DNA from: Planctomycetota bacterium | GTDB lineage: Bacteria; Planctomycetota; UBA8108; SXIK01 | DNA: 64,000 bases | Direction of reading: 5' to 3' | NCBI GenBank assembly: GCA_965223845.1 | Contig: CBDCXR010000004.1 | Coordinates: 2,816,001-2,880,000 of the forward strand | In this document: positions 19,950 to 31,020 of the stretch, piece after piece | How the letters are laid out: the number at the start of each line of letters is the position of its first letter | How positions within the stretch are numbered: the stretch's first letter is position 1 | The notes under the pieces: model-generated | What the model saw: the letters and a program-made list of their open reading frames with translations, nothing else | Database searches by the model: none | What the model was told of the DNA's origin: nothing | Program-made: the position numbers and the translations under genes

Positions 19950-22900
19950 ATGAGCCGTTCGAGTCGCGTCCGGGGTCGGCGCCTTCCGCTTCTCGCCATC
20001 CGGAGCCATCGGTCCGGGATCGGCGTGGCCCGAGCCTCGGATCCGGGGCGAGCGCGGCCTCGCGCGGGCGCCGCGGCGCTGCTGCCCTCCCCCCGAGACC
20101 GAGGATCGCCCCAGATCGAGGACTCCCTCCCGAGGCAGACATCATCGACATCGACGGCCAGTAGGGACGCATTCGTGGACGGCGAAGACCAGCGTTGGAC
20201 ACCGGCGATCGCCCGAGCGCACTCCGGCGACGCGCGACGCGCGCGTGCGGAGTCCGCGGGCTTGCCGTCGCGGCTGCGCGCGTGCGGTTCGGTGGGACGC
20301 GCGATCGCGGCGGACCGGCTCGCGCGAGTCAGTGTCGTCGCCCTCCTCCCGTTTCTCCTCGCCGGCTGCGGTCTCGGCGGACTGATCGCGGGCGCCGTCG
20401 GAATCATCGCCGAGTCGAGCGGCAGTTCCTCCGGGTCGTCCGGCCCTCCGTCCGCGGTCACTTTCGCTGTCGTTGCTCCGCGAGAGGAACTGCGCGCTTC
20501 CGGTCTCGCGGACGTCGTTCCGATCTGCGTCGGCACGAGCGGCCGAGTCGAGCTCGACGATCTCGTCGTCGAATTCACGCTCGAAACGGACGACTCGACG
20601 GGGAACGACGGCTGGCTTCGCGCGAGTCCCGCCCGACCGCCGGATCCGTCATCCTGCGCGGGACTCCAGTTCTGGTGGGACGCGAGCTCCGACCTCGACC
20701 TCGAGTCGCGCTCGGAACGAGTACGCGTCCGCGCGTCGCTCCGCGGCGACGTGGCGACCGCGGTCGAGACGGGGAGCTTCGTCGTCGGGAACACTCCCCC
20801 TGAGCTCTTCTTGGTGCCCGAGCCGCCCGGCAACTTCGGCACCGAGACGATCTCCTTCCGGGCGCGCGACGCGGAGAGCGACCCGCTCGTCGACTTCGCA
20901 GTCGACTACCGTCTGCCGGCGGACATCGCGGCGAGCTTCTGCGACGAGATCGACGAGGAGGGAAGCTGCTGGCTGCCCTACTGCTCGCCCGACCAGGACA
21001 CGAGCGGCGAGTGCGCGCCCTGCGACGGCGCCGATCCACTGCCGTCCCGGCTCCTCGTCGACTCCGACTCCTCGACGCGCAGCTCGCACCGCTGGCGGAC
21101 GGCCTGCGCGCGGGGAATCGGACGCCGCAACATCAGCGTCACGGTCCGAGTCCGCGCGCGCGACGAGTTCGGCACGGTCGTCGAGGATGCCCTCCCGCTT
21201 CGAATCGAGAACAACACCGCGCCTCGGGTCGACTTCATCGGGATTCCCGGCGAGCGCGACGCGAGCTTCGAGATTCCCATCTTCTTCGAAGCGTTCGAGG
21301 AAGACTGTGTCGATTTCCAAGAGGTCGGTTGCGAGGACTCCTTTCAGTCCGTCGACGTCATCGTCCAGTACGGTCTTCGCGGCGAGGCAGATGTTCCTCC
21401 TCTCGACGAACGCTTTTCCGACCCGCAGTTCCGCCGCCGCGCGCTCGGCGTCGAGCCGTCAACGGACGGCGGCGCTGCGCTCCGAGCAGAGTTTCAAATC
21501 GCGACTCCCGCCTCGAGCGCCGCGGACACGCGTGCGCCGATCGATCTCGCGGCATCTCCCGACGGCGTCGCGCACGTCTTTGTCTGGAACAGCGGCCGCG
21601 ATCTCGACCCTCTTTCGACGCGCGTCGCGCGCATCCGCCTGACGCCGTTCGACCAAGGGCAGGGCATTTCGAGCACGCGCGAGTTCACCGTCGACAACGA
21701 CGCGTTTCCGCGCCAGGAGGCGCTCCACCCCTTGCGCGGTGTGGTGAGTGGGGTCGCCAGCGGCGACATCAACGGGGACGGCCGCACCGACATCGTCTGC
21801 AGCTTTGCCGACGAGCGCCGGCTCGAACTCTACCTCCGCGACGGGGACGGCGCGCTCCCGGAGTCCCCCACCCAGGTCCTCCTCGACGGCCCCTCTGTGT
21901 TCACGGATGTCGTGATCGAAGACCTCGACGGGAACGGGCACGCCGACGTCGTTGCGCTCGGGCGCGAATGCGAACTCGTCGGCTGCGTCCGGCGCGGCGT
22001 CGTCTACGTCTTCTACGGCGATGCGGTCGGCGAGGAATCGCGGCTCAGCGGATCTCCGCTCGCCCTCGGCGCGGGTCGCGATCCGCGCTCGATCGCGACC
22101 GGCAACTTCGACGGCGAAAGCGACCGGGACATCGCGATCGCCGACCACGCCGGTCGGGCGATCGGTGTCCTTCTCGCGAGCGCGCCGCGTTCGTATTTTC
22201 CGCTCTCGACGGTCGTGCTCGGGCTCGAGCAGGACGATCGACCGGACGTCGTGGTCGCCGCCGACCTGGCCGGAGACGACCGCGACGAGATTCTCACTCA
22301 ACAGCGGAACCGATCGAGTGTCCCGATCCTCGCCTGGGAGAACGGAGAGCTCGCGCCCGTCACGACTCTCACCACCCTGAGCGTCGGCTCGCTCCTCGAG
22401 CTGCCGACCTCGCTGGCGGTCGCCGATCTGACGGGCGACGGCGCCGTCGATCTCGTCGTCGGAAGTGCACGGAACGCCGAAGCGCTCGTTTTGAGGAACA
22501 CGACGGGAACGGTGTCCGGAAACGAGCCGATTTCGTTCGCTCTCTGCGCGACGATCCCGCTCGGCACGACGCCCGAACGACTCGCCATGGTTCCGGCCGG
22601 AGGCGGAGCGAGGCCCGAGTTCGTCATCGGAGCGCTCGGGTACGAGCGCGGTGGCACGCTCGAGCTCGTTCACGTTCGCCCGGGCGCGGCGGCGCGTCTT
22701 CCGGGCGCCGATCTCGGCGCGACATCGGTCGACCCTTGCGCCGAGCTCTCCGTCCATTCGTTCAAGACGCTCCGCGTGCCGCAGCCAAACCCCGACGCGG
22801 AGATTCTCGGCGCACTCGCACTCGACGATTTCGACGACGACCGCGTGACCGATCTCCTCGTCGGCGGATCGAACGGCGCTCGCCGACTCGTCGGGGAGAC

Positions 22901-24077
22901 CGCCGGAAGCCTCACGCCGGAGCTCCTCCGGCGGTTCGACCAAGCATCGACCTACGACGCGACCTTCGCCGACTTCGGCTGCACGCTGATGCGCGGCGTC
23001 GCGACGCTCCGTCTCAGCACCACCCTGGGCGCGGACGGCGCTGCGACGCGGTATCAACTGCGTCTCTTTCTGCAGGACGCTCTCGTCGAATTCGGTCCGA
23101 CGCCCGACTGGGAGAGTCCCCTCCTGCCGCTCGCGCAAGCCGAAGCGCGCATCACCGGTCTCGCACTCTCGAACCCGTGCGATGCGACGATCGCCGTCAG
23201 CCGAGACGGAGGAGTCGATGTCCACCGAATCGACCTGAGGGAAAGCGAGATCGCGCCCTACCAACTCGACGATCCCGACTCGCCGACAGGCCCGATCGTT
23301 CTCGGATCGTTCTTCGGGAGCAGCGCGACCGGACTGGTTCGACTCGGCAGCAACGCACAGGGGGAAGGGCGACTGAGTTTCTTCCGCATCGACCTGCTGC
23401 CGCTCCGGCCCGCGCCTCCGGCGGCGATCCAGCCCGACGCCGTCCTTCCGACCGGCGACGTCTTTCCGTCGGGGCTCCTCGGCGCCGATCTCGATCGCGA
23501 CGGTTTCCCCGACCTCGTCGTCCTCCACAAAGACCTCCGCGCCGAGACCGAGCGCGTGCAGACGCGTCTGCAGCGAGTTCCCGAGCCTTGGCCGGACCGG
23601 CTCGCGGAAGTCGATCAGGAGTTCGATATCGGGTATCTCCTCGAGCGCGGGGATCACGTGCAGGTGGTCGACGTCGACGCGGACGGTAATCTCGACCTGG
23701 CGTTCGTGCTACGCTCGACGGGTCGGTTCGTCGCGTTTCGCGGACTCTCCGATCCCGCCGGGTCATTCGAGCCGTTCCCTGCGATCGAGACCTCGATCCC
23801 CCCGGCGTTTCACGGTGCCGTCCTCTCGGACACGACCGGAGACGGACGCCCGGATCTCGTCGTCTCGACGCGCCGCGCCGCCGCGGCCATCGTTCACGTT
23901 TTTCACCAACAGCCCGGCTCGACGTTCCCCGCCCTGCCGTCGCGCGCGATCGTCGTCGACGATTTCGGCTCCGGCTTCGTCGAGCTGCGCGCGACCGACT
24001 TGACGAGTGACGGGCGGGACGAGCTCGTCCTTTTCGGCCCCGAATCAAACGACACCTGGATCATCCGGACGCGCTGA
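19950..24077 (+). CDS. Large FG-GAP/VCBS-repeat lipoprotein
   Basis: Lipobox LLAGC (true start probably ~20290); many D.[ND]GDG..D repeats. Confidence 0.75.
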   Translation: MSRSSRVRGRRLPLLAIRSHRSGIGVARASDPGRARPRAGAAALLPSPRDRGSPQIEDSLPRQTSSTSTASRDAFVDGEDQRWTPAIARAHSGDARRARAESAGLPSRLRACGSVGRAIAADRLARVSVVALLPFLLAGCGLGGLIAGAVGIIAESSGSSSGSSGPPSAVTFAVVAPREELRASGLADVVPICVGTSGRVELDDLVVEFTLETDDSTGNDGWLRASPARPPDPSSCAGLQFWWDASSDLDLESRSERVRVRASLRGDVATAVETGSFVVGNTPPELFLVPEPPGNFGTETISFRARDAESDPLVDFAVDYRLPADIAASFCDEIDEEGSCWLPYCSPDQDTSGECAPCDGADPLPSRLLVDSDSSTRSSHRWRTACARGIGRRNISVTVRVRARDEFGTVVEDALPLRIENNTAPRVDFIGIPGERDASFEIPIFFEAFEEDCVDFQEVGCEDSFQSVDVIVQYGLRGEADVPPLDERFSDPQFRRRALGVEPSTDGGAALRAEFQIATPASSAADTRAPIDLAASPDGVAHVFVWNSGRDLDPLSTRVARIRLTPFDQGQGISSTREFTVDNDAFPRQEALHPLRGVVSGVASGDINGDGRTDIVCSFADERRLELYLRDGDGALPESPTQVLLDGPSVFTDVVIEDLDGNGHADVVALGRECELVGCVRRGVVYVFYGDAVGEESRLSGSPLALGAGRDPRSIATGNFDGESDRDIAIADHAGRAIGVLLASAPRSYFPLSTVVLGLEQDDRPDVVVAADLAGDDRDEILTQQRNRSSVPILAWENGELAPVTTLTTLSVGSLLELPTSLAVADLTGDGAVDLVVGSARNAEALVLRNTTGTVSGNEPISFALCATIPLGTTPERLAMVPAGGGARPEFVIGALGYERGGTLELVHVRPGAAARLPGADLGATSVDPCAELSVHSFKTLRVPQPNPDAEILGALALDDFDDDRVTDLLVGGSNGARRLVGETAGSLTPELLRRFDQASTYDATFADFGCTLMRGVATLRLSTTLGADGAATRYQLRLFLQDALVEFGPTPDWESPLLPLAQAEARITGLALSNPCDATIAVSRDGGVDVHRIDLRESEIAPYQLDDPDSPTGPIVLGSFFGSSATGLVRLGSNAQGEGRLSFFRIDLLPLRPAPPAAIQPDAVLPTGDVFPSGLLGADLDRDGFPDLVVLHKDLRAETERVQTRLQRVPEPWPDRLAEVDQEFDIGYLLERGDHVQVVDVDADGNLDLAFVLRSTGRFVAFRGLSDPAGSFEPFPAIETSIPPAFHGAVLSDTTGDGRPDLVVSTRRAAAAIVHVFHQQPGSTFPALPSRAIVVDDFGSGFVELRATDLTSDGRDELVLFGPESNDTWIIRTR

Positions 24078-24078
24078 T

Positions 24079-26835
24079 ATGACGCGACGCAACTCGAGCC
24101 TATCCTCAGCGAGAACCACCGCCGTGCTCGCGGCCATCCTTCTCGCCGCCCACGCGGGAACGATGTCCGCGCAACCGACGGATCTCGTCTTGAGCGAGAT
24201 CGATCCGGCCGGCGACGTTCAATGGGTCGAGCTCTTCAACCAGAGCGCCGACGAGACGGTGACACTCGCCGGCTACTCGATCCAAATCTTCGACATCGAT
24301 GGCGCGAGGAGCGCTGTCAGCACGCTCCCGGAAACGGTCGCGGTCGCACCCGGCGGGCACGCGCTTGTCTACCTCGAAGGGAGCTGCGCCTCGACGCCTC
24401 CGGTCCCGAACGCGATCTGCCACCCGTTTCTCGGCAAGGGGCGCTGCCTCTTCGATATGGATCGCGACGGCGGGCTCGTCTCGCTCGTCTGGGATCCGCT
24501 CGCGACCGAGGTCGACCGCGTTCGTTATCCCCCGCTTCCGAAGGACTCGACGTACGCACGCGTCGAGAACACATGGTGCGTCGCGGCCGGCAGAACCCCC
24601 GGAACCGCGAACGAGAGCGCCGACGGGGTGTGTTGGCCGACGGGCGCCGTCCGACTCGGTGAAGTCTCGACGGCGGAAGACCTCGGCGTTCCGGATCAGT
24701 GTCTCTTCCAGACTTGTCCGGACTGGGTCGAGCTCGTCTACGACGGACCGGAGGACGAGATCATCGATCTTCGCCTCTACACCATCGAGACGCGGACCGG
24801 TTCGACGTACCGGTTTCACGACGCGTTTCGGTTCGGTGACGAACCCGCACCCGTTCTGAGCGCCGAACGTCCCCGAGCGGTGATCATCTTCTCGACCGGC
24901 CCGCGCGATCCGAGCTGGCCAACGACGTTCTTTCACGCCGAGATCGAGCTTCAGGCCTCGGGCGACAGTCTCCGGCTGTCGCGCGATGACGAATGGGACG
25001 CGGTGACGATCCCGCGGCTCCTTCCGGGCGAATGCTACTCGCGTCTCGAGTCGGACGAGTGGCAGATCACCTCCCAGTGCACTCCGAACGAGCCCAATCC
25101 CATCGCGGACGCACTCACCCGGAACCATCCGCCTTCCGCGGAGATCATCGATCGATTCCCGCTCCGCGTCGTTCCCAGCACGGCCGACGCCCCCGTCCGC
25201 ATCGAGGTGTTCGCTGAGGTCGTGGATCCGGACGACGACCTCCAGCGCGTCGAGCTCGAGCTCATCACCCCGGATTCGCTCCGCACGTCGTTTCCGATGC
25301 GTTCGGGAAAACTCGTCTCCTGCCGGCGATCGAGCAATGACAGCCGCGTCTTCGTCGGTGAGTTCGACGCGCCGCTCGACGCGGAGCTCGATCTCGCGGT
25401 GCGTGTCATCGCGAGCGATCGCCGCGGCAATCAGATCACGAGTGCGCCTCACGCGTTTTTCGTCCAGGATCCCGACTGGCGCGCGCCGGACCGAAATCCG
25501 ACGGACGCGATCCGGATCAACGAAGTCGCCGCGCACGAACCGTCCGGGCCGGGCGATTGGGTCGAGCTCCACAACACCGCGAATCAGACGGTCCTCGTCG
25601 GCTCGCTTTTTCTAACGAACGACATCCGCCGACTGCGCGGCGTGCGCCTCCCGAGCGGTCTCCTCATGCGTGCGGGACAGTACCTCCGCGTGTGGTGCGA
25701 CAATCGGTCGATCGCGTCCGACGCGAACGGGGAACCGCATCTTCCCTTTGAGCTCGAGCCCTGCCGAGATGAGATCGTGCTCCTCCACACCGACGGCAAG
25801 CACGTCATCGATTCTCTCCGCTTCCACGAAGAGAAGGCGGACATCACCCTCGGCCGATTGCCGAGCGAGCATACGCTCCCCGAAGCAGAACACTTTGGCC
25901 TGATGACGCCGACGCCCAACCAGCCGAACGTCACGCAAGCCTGTTTTCAGCTCCGCGAGTTCGATCTCGGACCGCGCCCGGTGATCAACGAAATCCTCGT
26001 CGACAACTGGGAGACGATCGGCGACGCCGGCGATGAGTTCGGCGACTGGATCGAGCTCTACAATCCCTACGACAGCCCCGTCGATCTCACCGGTTGGGGT
26101 CTCCGCGACGGCGATGGCGCCGAGAATTTCGAGGATCCGTGGCTCTTTCCGCCCGGGATCGTGCTCGAGCCGGGGTGCTTTCTCACCGTGTGGTGCGACA
26201 ACGACGAGCAGTGCGAAAACAATCTCGACGTCGCGACGGCCTGCTCGGACGAACCGATCGGCGAGCTCCACACGACGTTCGAGCTCAATCGACTGCGCGA
26301 AATGGTCCAGCTCGTCGATCCTTGCTCGCGCGTCGTCGAGTGCATCACTCTCAAGTTCCAAACACGCGACGTCGCCCTCGGTCGTATTCCCGACGGCGGC
26401 GCGCAGATGGAGTTCCTGGTGCCGACCCCCGCGGGACCGAATCTCTCCCTCGACGGTGCGATCGCACCCATGGAGTGCGGTCTCACCAACGGCCCGCCGG
26501 ACGACTTCCCCACCGATGTCACGTGTGGTGTGCTGGGCCCGCCGACCGACTGCGCAGTGACGTTTCGTCGCGGCGATTCCGACCAGAGCTGCTCGGTGAA
26601 TCTCGCGGACGCCGTGTTCACGCTGGAGGCTCTGTTCGTCCGTGCGATCCCGCTTCCCTGCCCGGACGCGGCCGACGCGGACGACACGGGTTCGATCTCG
26701 ATCACCGACCCGATCTGGACGCTCAACTATCTCTTCGGTACGGGAGATCCGCCGCCGTCTCCCGGCCCGCACCGACCGGGCGCCGATCCGACGGAGGACG
26801 ACCTCGGCGCCTGCGGCCAAGCTCCGTGCAACTGA
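24079..26835 (+). CDS. Secreted protein with multiple lamin-tail domains and a C-terminal dockerin-like domain
   Basis: LSEI/INEV/INEI...[DQ]W[VI]EL.N repeated about 4 times; FRRGDSD...CPDAADADDTG...LNYLFG. Confidence 0.82.
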   Translation: MTRRNSSLSSARTTAVLAAILLAAHAGTMSAQPTDLVLSEIDPAGDVQWVELFNQSADETVTLAGYSIQIFDIDGARSAVSTLPETVAVAPGGHALVYLEGSCASTPPVPNAICHPFLGKGRCLFDMDRDGGLVSLVWDPLATEVDRVRYPPLPKDSTYARVENTWCVAAGRTPGTANESADGVCWPTGAVRLGEVSTAEDLGVPDQCLFQTCPDWVELVYDGPEDEIIDLRLYTIETRTGSTYRFHDAFRFGDEPAPVLSAERPRAVIIFSTGPRDPSWPTTFFHAEIELQASGDSLRLSRDDEWDAVTIPRLLPGECYSRLESDEWQITSQCTPNEPNPIADALTRNHPPSAEIIDRFPLRVVPSTADAPVRIEVFAEVVDPDDDLQRVELELITPDSLRTSFPMRSGKLVSCRRSSNDSRVFVGEFDAPLDAELDLAVRVIASDRRGNQITSAPHAFFVQDPDWRAPDRNPTDAIRINEVAAHEPSGPGDWVELHNTANQTVLVGSLFLTNDIRRLRGVRLPSGLLMRAGQYLRVWCDNRSIASDANGEPHLPFELEPCRDEIVLLHTDGKHVIDSLRFHEEKADITLGRLPSEHTLPEAEHFGLMTPTPNQPNVTQACFQLREFDLGPRPVINEILVDNWETIGDAGDEFGDWIELYNPYDSPVDLTGWGLRDGDGAENFEDPWLFPPGIVLEPGCFLTVWCDNDEQCENNLDVATACSDEPIGELHTTFELNRLREMVQLVDPCSRVVECITLKFQTRDVALGRIPDGGAQMEFLVPTPAGPNLSLDGAIAPMECGLTNGPPDDFPTDVTCGVLGPPTDCAVTFRRGDSDQSCSVNLADAVFTLEALFVRAIPLPCPDAADADDTGSISITDPIWTLNYLFGTGDPPPSPGPHRPGADPTEDDLGACGQAPCN

Positions 26836-26891
26836 CGCGCGGAAACGACGACAACGGTCGCCGGCCCCCGACCGTCCCATCGAGCTCGAGC

Positions 26892-29789
26892 ATGTCCAAC
26901 CCCGATCCCAACGAAACCGATCCCGCCACCGAGCCGGCCGGCGCCGAACCGCGTCCGCCGCTCGACGCATCGGCGGCGTCGCGTCTCTTCAGCGACATGT
27001 TCCGGGCGCTCGACGATTCCGACGCGACGCTCTCGTTCGAAGTCGATCCGCCGTCGAGACGCCTCGGTCGCCGACTCGCCGAACGCGAGGACGACTATCG
27101 CTCCTACCTCGAGCGACGAGTGGAATCGCTGCGGGACCAACTGCTCGGCGCACGTGTAGGGAGCTGCGACATCCTGGAGGAGATCGGTCGCGGCGGAATG
27201 GGAATCGTGTTCAAGGCGCGCCAGGAATCGCCGATGTTCACGCGTGAGATCGCGATGAAGTTCATGCTGTCGAACCCCGACGCGCGGAGCGACGATCGCG
27301 AACGCTTCATGAACGAAGTGAAGGGTCTCGCGCGGCTGAGCCATCCCTCGCTCGTACCGCTCTTTGACTCGGGGATTGAACGAGATCTCTACTACTTCTC
27401 GATGGAGCTCGTCGACGGTCACGCTCTCACAGACCGAGACGCGCTCGAGCCGCTGTCGCTCGACGATCGCCTCCGCATCGTCCGAGACATCGCCCTCGCC
27501 CTCGAGTACCTCCACACGGAAGGAGTGATCCACCGGGACGTGAAGCCCGGGAACATCATGATCGATCGGAGCGGGAACGCGCGACTCCTCGATTTCGGGA
27601 TCGCGCAGTTCTCGACCGAGGCGCGACGCCGCGTCGCCCAAGCGGGATCTCCGTTCTACATGGCGCCCGAGGTGATCGACCCGCGAGGATCGTACGGTCC
27701 GATCGGTCCCGGCACGGACATCTACGCGCTCGGCGCCGTCCTCTACCGACTTCTCGTCGGACGCGAAGTCTTCGGCGGTGACGGTGATATCTCGCGCATC
27801 TTTGCGGACACTCTGTCGGCGCCCCCGGAGTTTCCGCAGGAGCGCTCGAAGCGCATTCCGGCCGGCGTCGAAACGATCATCCGACGCTGCCTGCGAAAGC
27901 GCGTCGACGAACGCTACGCGAGCGCCGCGGAGCTCGCCGACGACATCGCTGCGTTTCTCGACCGCGGTCGGCAGCGGCCGGCGCGCCGCCTCACCGCCGC
28001 CACTCTCGTTCTCGGTTGCGCGACCGTGCTCGGCGTGACGCTCCAGCACGGCGAATCCGACGGTCGCGCGCCGCGAGAAAACGCTCCCGATCCCGCGGCG
28101 ATCGTTCGCAGCGAGCTCGACGAGATCCAGCTCGACGATCTTCTCGGCGCCCACCTAAGCGAGGAGGATCTCGCCGCCGTCGAGCAGCGGTTCGGCGCGA
28201 CGCGCGAAGCGATCCTCGCCGTCGAAGGGCCGGAAGCTCTCTCCGCCTACCGGCGCGCGATCGACCAGTTTTGGGCCGACGAGGTGGACCGCGCGCGGGA
28301 TCGAGCCGAAGCGGCCCGCGCGAAAGCGAAAGAAGAAGGTGCAGACCTCGTCGAGAGCTCAGCCGCCGAGTGGAAATCGGGGGCTACGCTGCTCGCGAAC
28401 GCGTCGCATCGCGGTTGGCGCGACGACGTCGCGCTCCTTCAGGTGGTTCGCGCCGAGGCATCGTTTCGCGCCGCGACGGACGAGGCGCGACGGCAGATCG
28501 AACGGGAGCGGGAAGAGCGCGCGGCGTCTCGGGCCGAAGCGGCCGCTCTGCGCTCGCAGGGTCGCGTGAACGCGGACCTTCTTCGCTTCTCGCCCGAGGC
28601 AGAGTCGACGTTCGCCGACGCGGAACGGGCGCTCGAGGAAGGCCAGGCCGCCGCTCGCCGAGGGAGCAGCGAAGAGGCGGTGAAGCTCTTCGTGCGCGCA
28701 GAGGGAGCTTACGACGCCGCGAGCGATCTCGGTGTCGCCGCGGAGCGACGGTTTCGGACGGAACGCTCCGCGCTCGCAGAGCGGCTCTTCCGCTGGACTT
28801 CGGCCGTCCGCCGCGCGCGCGAGCACCTCTCGCTCAACTTCGAGGCGCGACTCGAAGAGTTCGACCGCGAGGAGAAGGGCATGCTCGAATTGTCGGATCA
28901 GCTCGATTCGACGCCGCGTGCGGATCTCCTCACCGAGCTCGCGACGCGCGTAAGTGACGCCGAAGAGGCGCTCGGCGAAGCGAAGAGCACCCTCGCCCGT
29001 TTGCGCGAAGAAGCGGACGCGGCGCGCACACGAAACGAACATGATTCCCGTTTTTCGGCTCGGTACCCCGCCGAGCCCGCGATCGCCCGCGAGCATCTTC
29101 GCCGCGCGCGGAGCGCACGCACCCAGTCCGAGGAGTACTGGAGCGCGGGGGCGTTTCGACGCTCGCTCGCGTCGGCGGCGCTCGCGCGCTCGAGTCTCGA
29201 TGAAGCGTGGAGGCTCCGAGCGACCGCGCTCGAAGGAATGATCTGGATCGACGGCGGAGAGAGCGGCGGACAACGCATCGACGGATTTTGGATCGACGCC
29301 GCTGAGGTCACCGTGGCCGACGTGCTCGCTTGGATCGAGCGCGAACCGACCGGGGCGGAGGGCCGGTCTCCCCGAGGCTGGAAGGAGCAAACCGGAACGC
29401 CGAGGCGGCCGGTCGTCGGAGTTCCGTACGAATACGCCCTCGCCTTCGCCGCGGCACACGGGAAATCGCTCCCCACGCTGCGCGAGTGGCGCCGGGCGGT
29501 GGGAGTCTGGGGACCGACTGAGCCCTGGCGCGATCGCCTCGTCGCGGTTCGCCCCGCACGCCGGCCCAAGCGATGCGTGTTCCTGATCGGGAACGCCGCC
29601 GAATGGGTTCGGCCGGAGGACGGACGCAGCGAGCCGCGCCTCGTCGGAGGCAGTTACCTCACTGCCGAGCGTCGATTCCTGCGCGCGGACGATCCCGGCG
29701 TGCCCGCAAGCGAGGTGACGGACGCAACACTGCGCGCGGTCGCCGGGTTTCGCTGCCTGCTCCGGCCCGCCGAGGAGACGGCGCCGTGA
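26892..29789 (+). CDS. Membrane Ser/Thr protein kinase with coiled coil and C-terminal FGE-sulfatase-like domain
   Basis: IGRGGMGIV, IAMK, HRDVKPGN, DFG, YMAPE; TM segment; GNAAEWV...GFRC. ATG at 26892. Confidence 0.9.
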   Translation: MSNPDPNETDPATEPAGAEPRPPLDASAASRLFSDMFRALDDSDATLSFEVDPPSRRLGRRLAEREDDYRSYLERRVESLRDQLLGARVGSCDILEEIGRGGMGIVFKARQESPMFTREIAMKFMLSNPDARSDDRERFMNEVKGLARLSHPSLVPLFDSGIERDLYYFSMELVDGHALTDRDALEPLSLDDRLRIVRDIALALEYLHTEGVIHRDVKPGNIMIDRSGNARLLDFGIAQFSTEARRRVAQAGSPFYMAPEVIDPRGSYGPIGPGTDIYALGAVLYRLLVGREVFGGDGDISRIFADTLSAPPEFPQERSKRIPAGVETIIRRCLRKRVDERYASAAELADDIAAFLDRGRQRPARRLTAATLVLGCATVLGVTLQHGESDGRAPRENAPDPAAIVRSELDEIQLDDLLGAHLSEEDLAAVEQRFGATREAILAVEGPEALSAYRRAIDQFWADEVDRARDRAEAARAKAKEEGADLVESSAAEWKSGATLLANASHRGWRDDVALLQVVRAEASFRAATDEARRQIEREREERAASRAEAAALRSQGRVNADLLRFSPEAESTFADAERALEEGQAAARRGSSEEAVKLFVRAEGAYDAASDLGVAAERRFRTERSALAERLFRWTSAVRRAREHLSLNFEARLEEFDREEKGMLELSDQLDSTPRADLLTELATRVSDAEEALGEAKSTLARLREEADAARTRNEHDSRFSARYPAEPAIAREHLRRARSARTQSEEYWSAGAFRRSLASAALARSSLDEAWRLRATALEGMIWIDGGESGGQRIDGFWIDAAEVTVADVLAWIEREPTGAEGRSPRGWKEQTGTPRRPVVGVPYEYALAFAAAHGKSLPTLREWRRAVGVWGPTEPWRDRLVAVRPARRPKRCVFLIGNAAEWVRPEDGRSEPRLVGGSYLTAERRFLRADDPGVPASEVTDATLRAVAGFRCLLRPAEETAP

Positions 29790-30850
29790 ATCGATGGCCG
29801 CTCGCCGCGATCAGTCTCGCTGTTGCGTGCGGCTGCGGCGCGGTTCCCGAGTACGAGCTCGACGGTGATCGCCGCGACGCGCCGCTTCCCTACTCGGTCT
29901 ACGTCTATATCGAATCGGCACCGGCGGACGACGATCCGCAGGCGACGACGCGGGATCTCCCGCTCAACCCCACGCGTCTCTCGGATCGAATTCTAGCGGC
30001 GCAAGACGAGCTCAATCTCGTCGCCTCGCTCACGGTCGCGCCGCCGGAGGTCGCGACGCTCGAATCCGCGCGCGTCGACGCACTTCGCGTGGGCGCCGAC
30101 GTGTTCCTCCGCTGGGAATCGCCACAGCCGGCCGCGTACCGTTTCTCGCATCGGAGTGCGTGGTTCCTTCCGAACACGGCGCTCTGGTTCATCGCCGGAT
30201 TTCCGAGCTTTTGGGTGCGAGATCGCATCTACGAAATCGAATGGCGGGGCGAGTGGGTCCTCGAGTCCCTCCTGAGCGGCCGCGAGGAGCGGGCCGCGAG
30301 GGAGCTCAGCGCGGAAGTCCCGCTCCACCTTTCGGAGCGAGGATTCAGCGCCGCGGCGCTCTACACGCCGCCCGGCTTCTACGAGGGTCCGGACGTCGGA
30401 CGCCTTCTCGCACCGGTGGCCGAGTCGTGGCTGACGCGTGAGCTCGCGACCGCTCTCCGCGATACGCTCGAGCGGGCCGGAGGAAATGCGGGAATCGAAG
30501 TCCAGCTCGCACGAAACGGAGACCGCTTCGAGCTCGCGATCGCGAGCTCGAGCCCTCTCCGCCGGCTCCGCCTCGACGAAGCCGGCCGGACACTCGCGGA
30601 GTGGGACGCGATCAACATGCCGCGACCAAAGACGAGTGGAGGTGACGGCTCGCGCCGCTACTCCCTCCGGATCGATGCGCAGAAACTCGCCGCGGCCACC
30701 GCCGCAGGCGGCCGGAGAGCAACCGCGCGCGTCCGCTGGGATACCTCGCGGACGTTTCGGCTGCGGCTGAACGGCGGGCGCGATCTTCTCCTCCGCGTTC
30801 TCGCCGCGCGCACGCGCGGGAGAGCGGCCGCTGGCGGTGGGCGGAACTGA
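29786..30850 (+). CDS. Hypothetical lipoprotein
   Basis: GTG overlaps the kinase stop (GTGA). Signal peptide ending AVACGC. Confidence 0.65.
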   Translation: MNRWPLAAISLAVACGCGAVPEYELDGDRRDAPLPYSVYVYIESAPADDDPQATTRDLPLNPTRLSDRILAAQDELNLVASLTVAPPEVATLESARVDALRVGADVFLRWESPQPAAYRFSHRSAWFLPNTALWFIAGFPSFWVRDRIYEIEWRGEWVLESLLSGREERAARELSAEVPLHLSERGFSAAALYTPPGFYEGPDVGRLLAPVAESWLTRELATALRDTLERAGGNAGIEVQLARNGDRFELAIASSSPLRRLRLDEAGRTLAEWDAINMPRPKTSGGDGSRRYSLRIDAQKLAAATAAGGRRATARVRWDTSRTFRLRLNGGRDLLLRVLAARTRGRAAAGGGRN

Positions 30851-30868
30851 TTGGCCGTACCGATACCG

Positions 30869-31020
30869 TTTCGGCCGTACCGGTACCGCGTTCGTTTCGC
30901 GATGACCGCGGCTCTTCTTGAAATTAGTAGTTATAACGAACTATTTCGGCCGTACCGGTACCGCGTTCGTTTCGCGATGACCGCGGCTCTTCTTGAAATT
31001 AGTAGTTATAACGAACTATT
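30869..31020. repeat. Two exact 75-bp tandem copies with an AT-rich palindrome
   Basis: The unit starts recur at 30871 and 30946 and contain TAGTT-ATAACG-AACTA. There is a partial third head at 30853. Confidence 0.92.

Noticed and set aside
30869-31020. CRISPR mini-array
   Set aside because: Two abutting 75-bp copies with no spacer.
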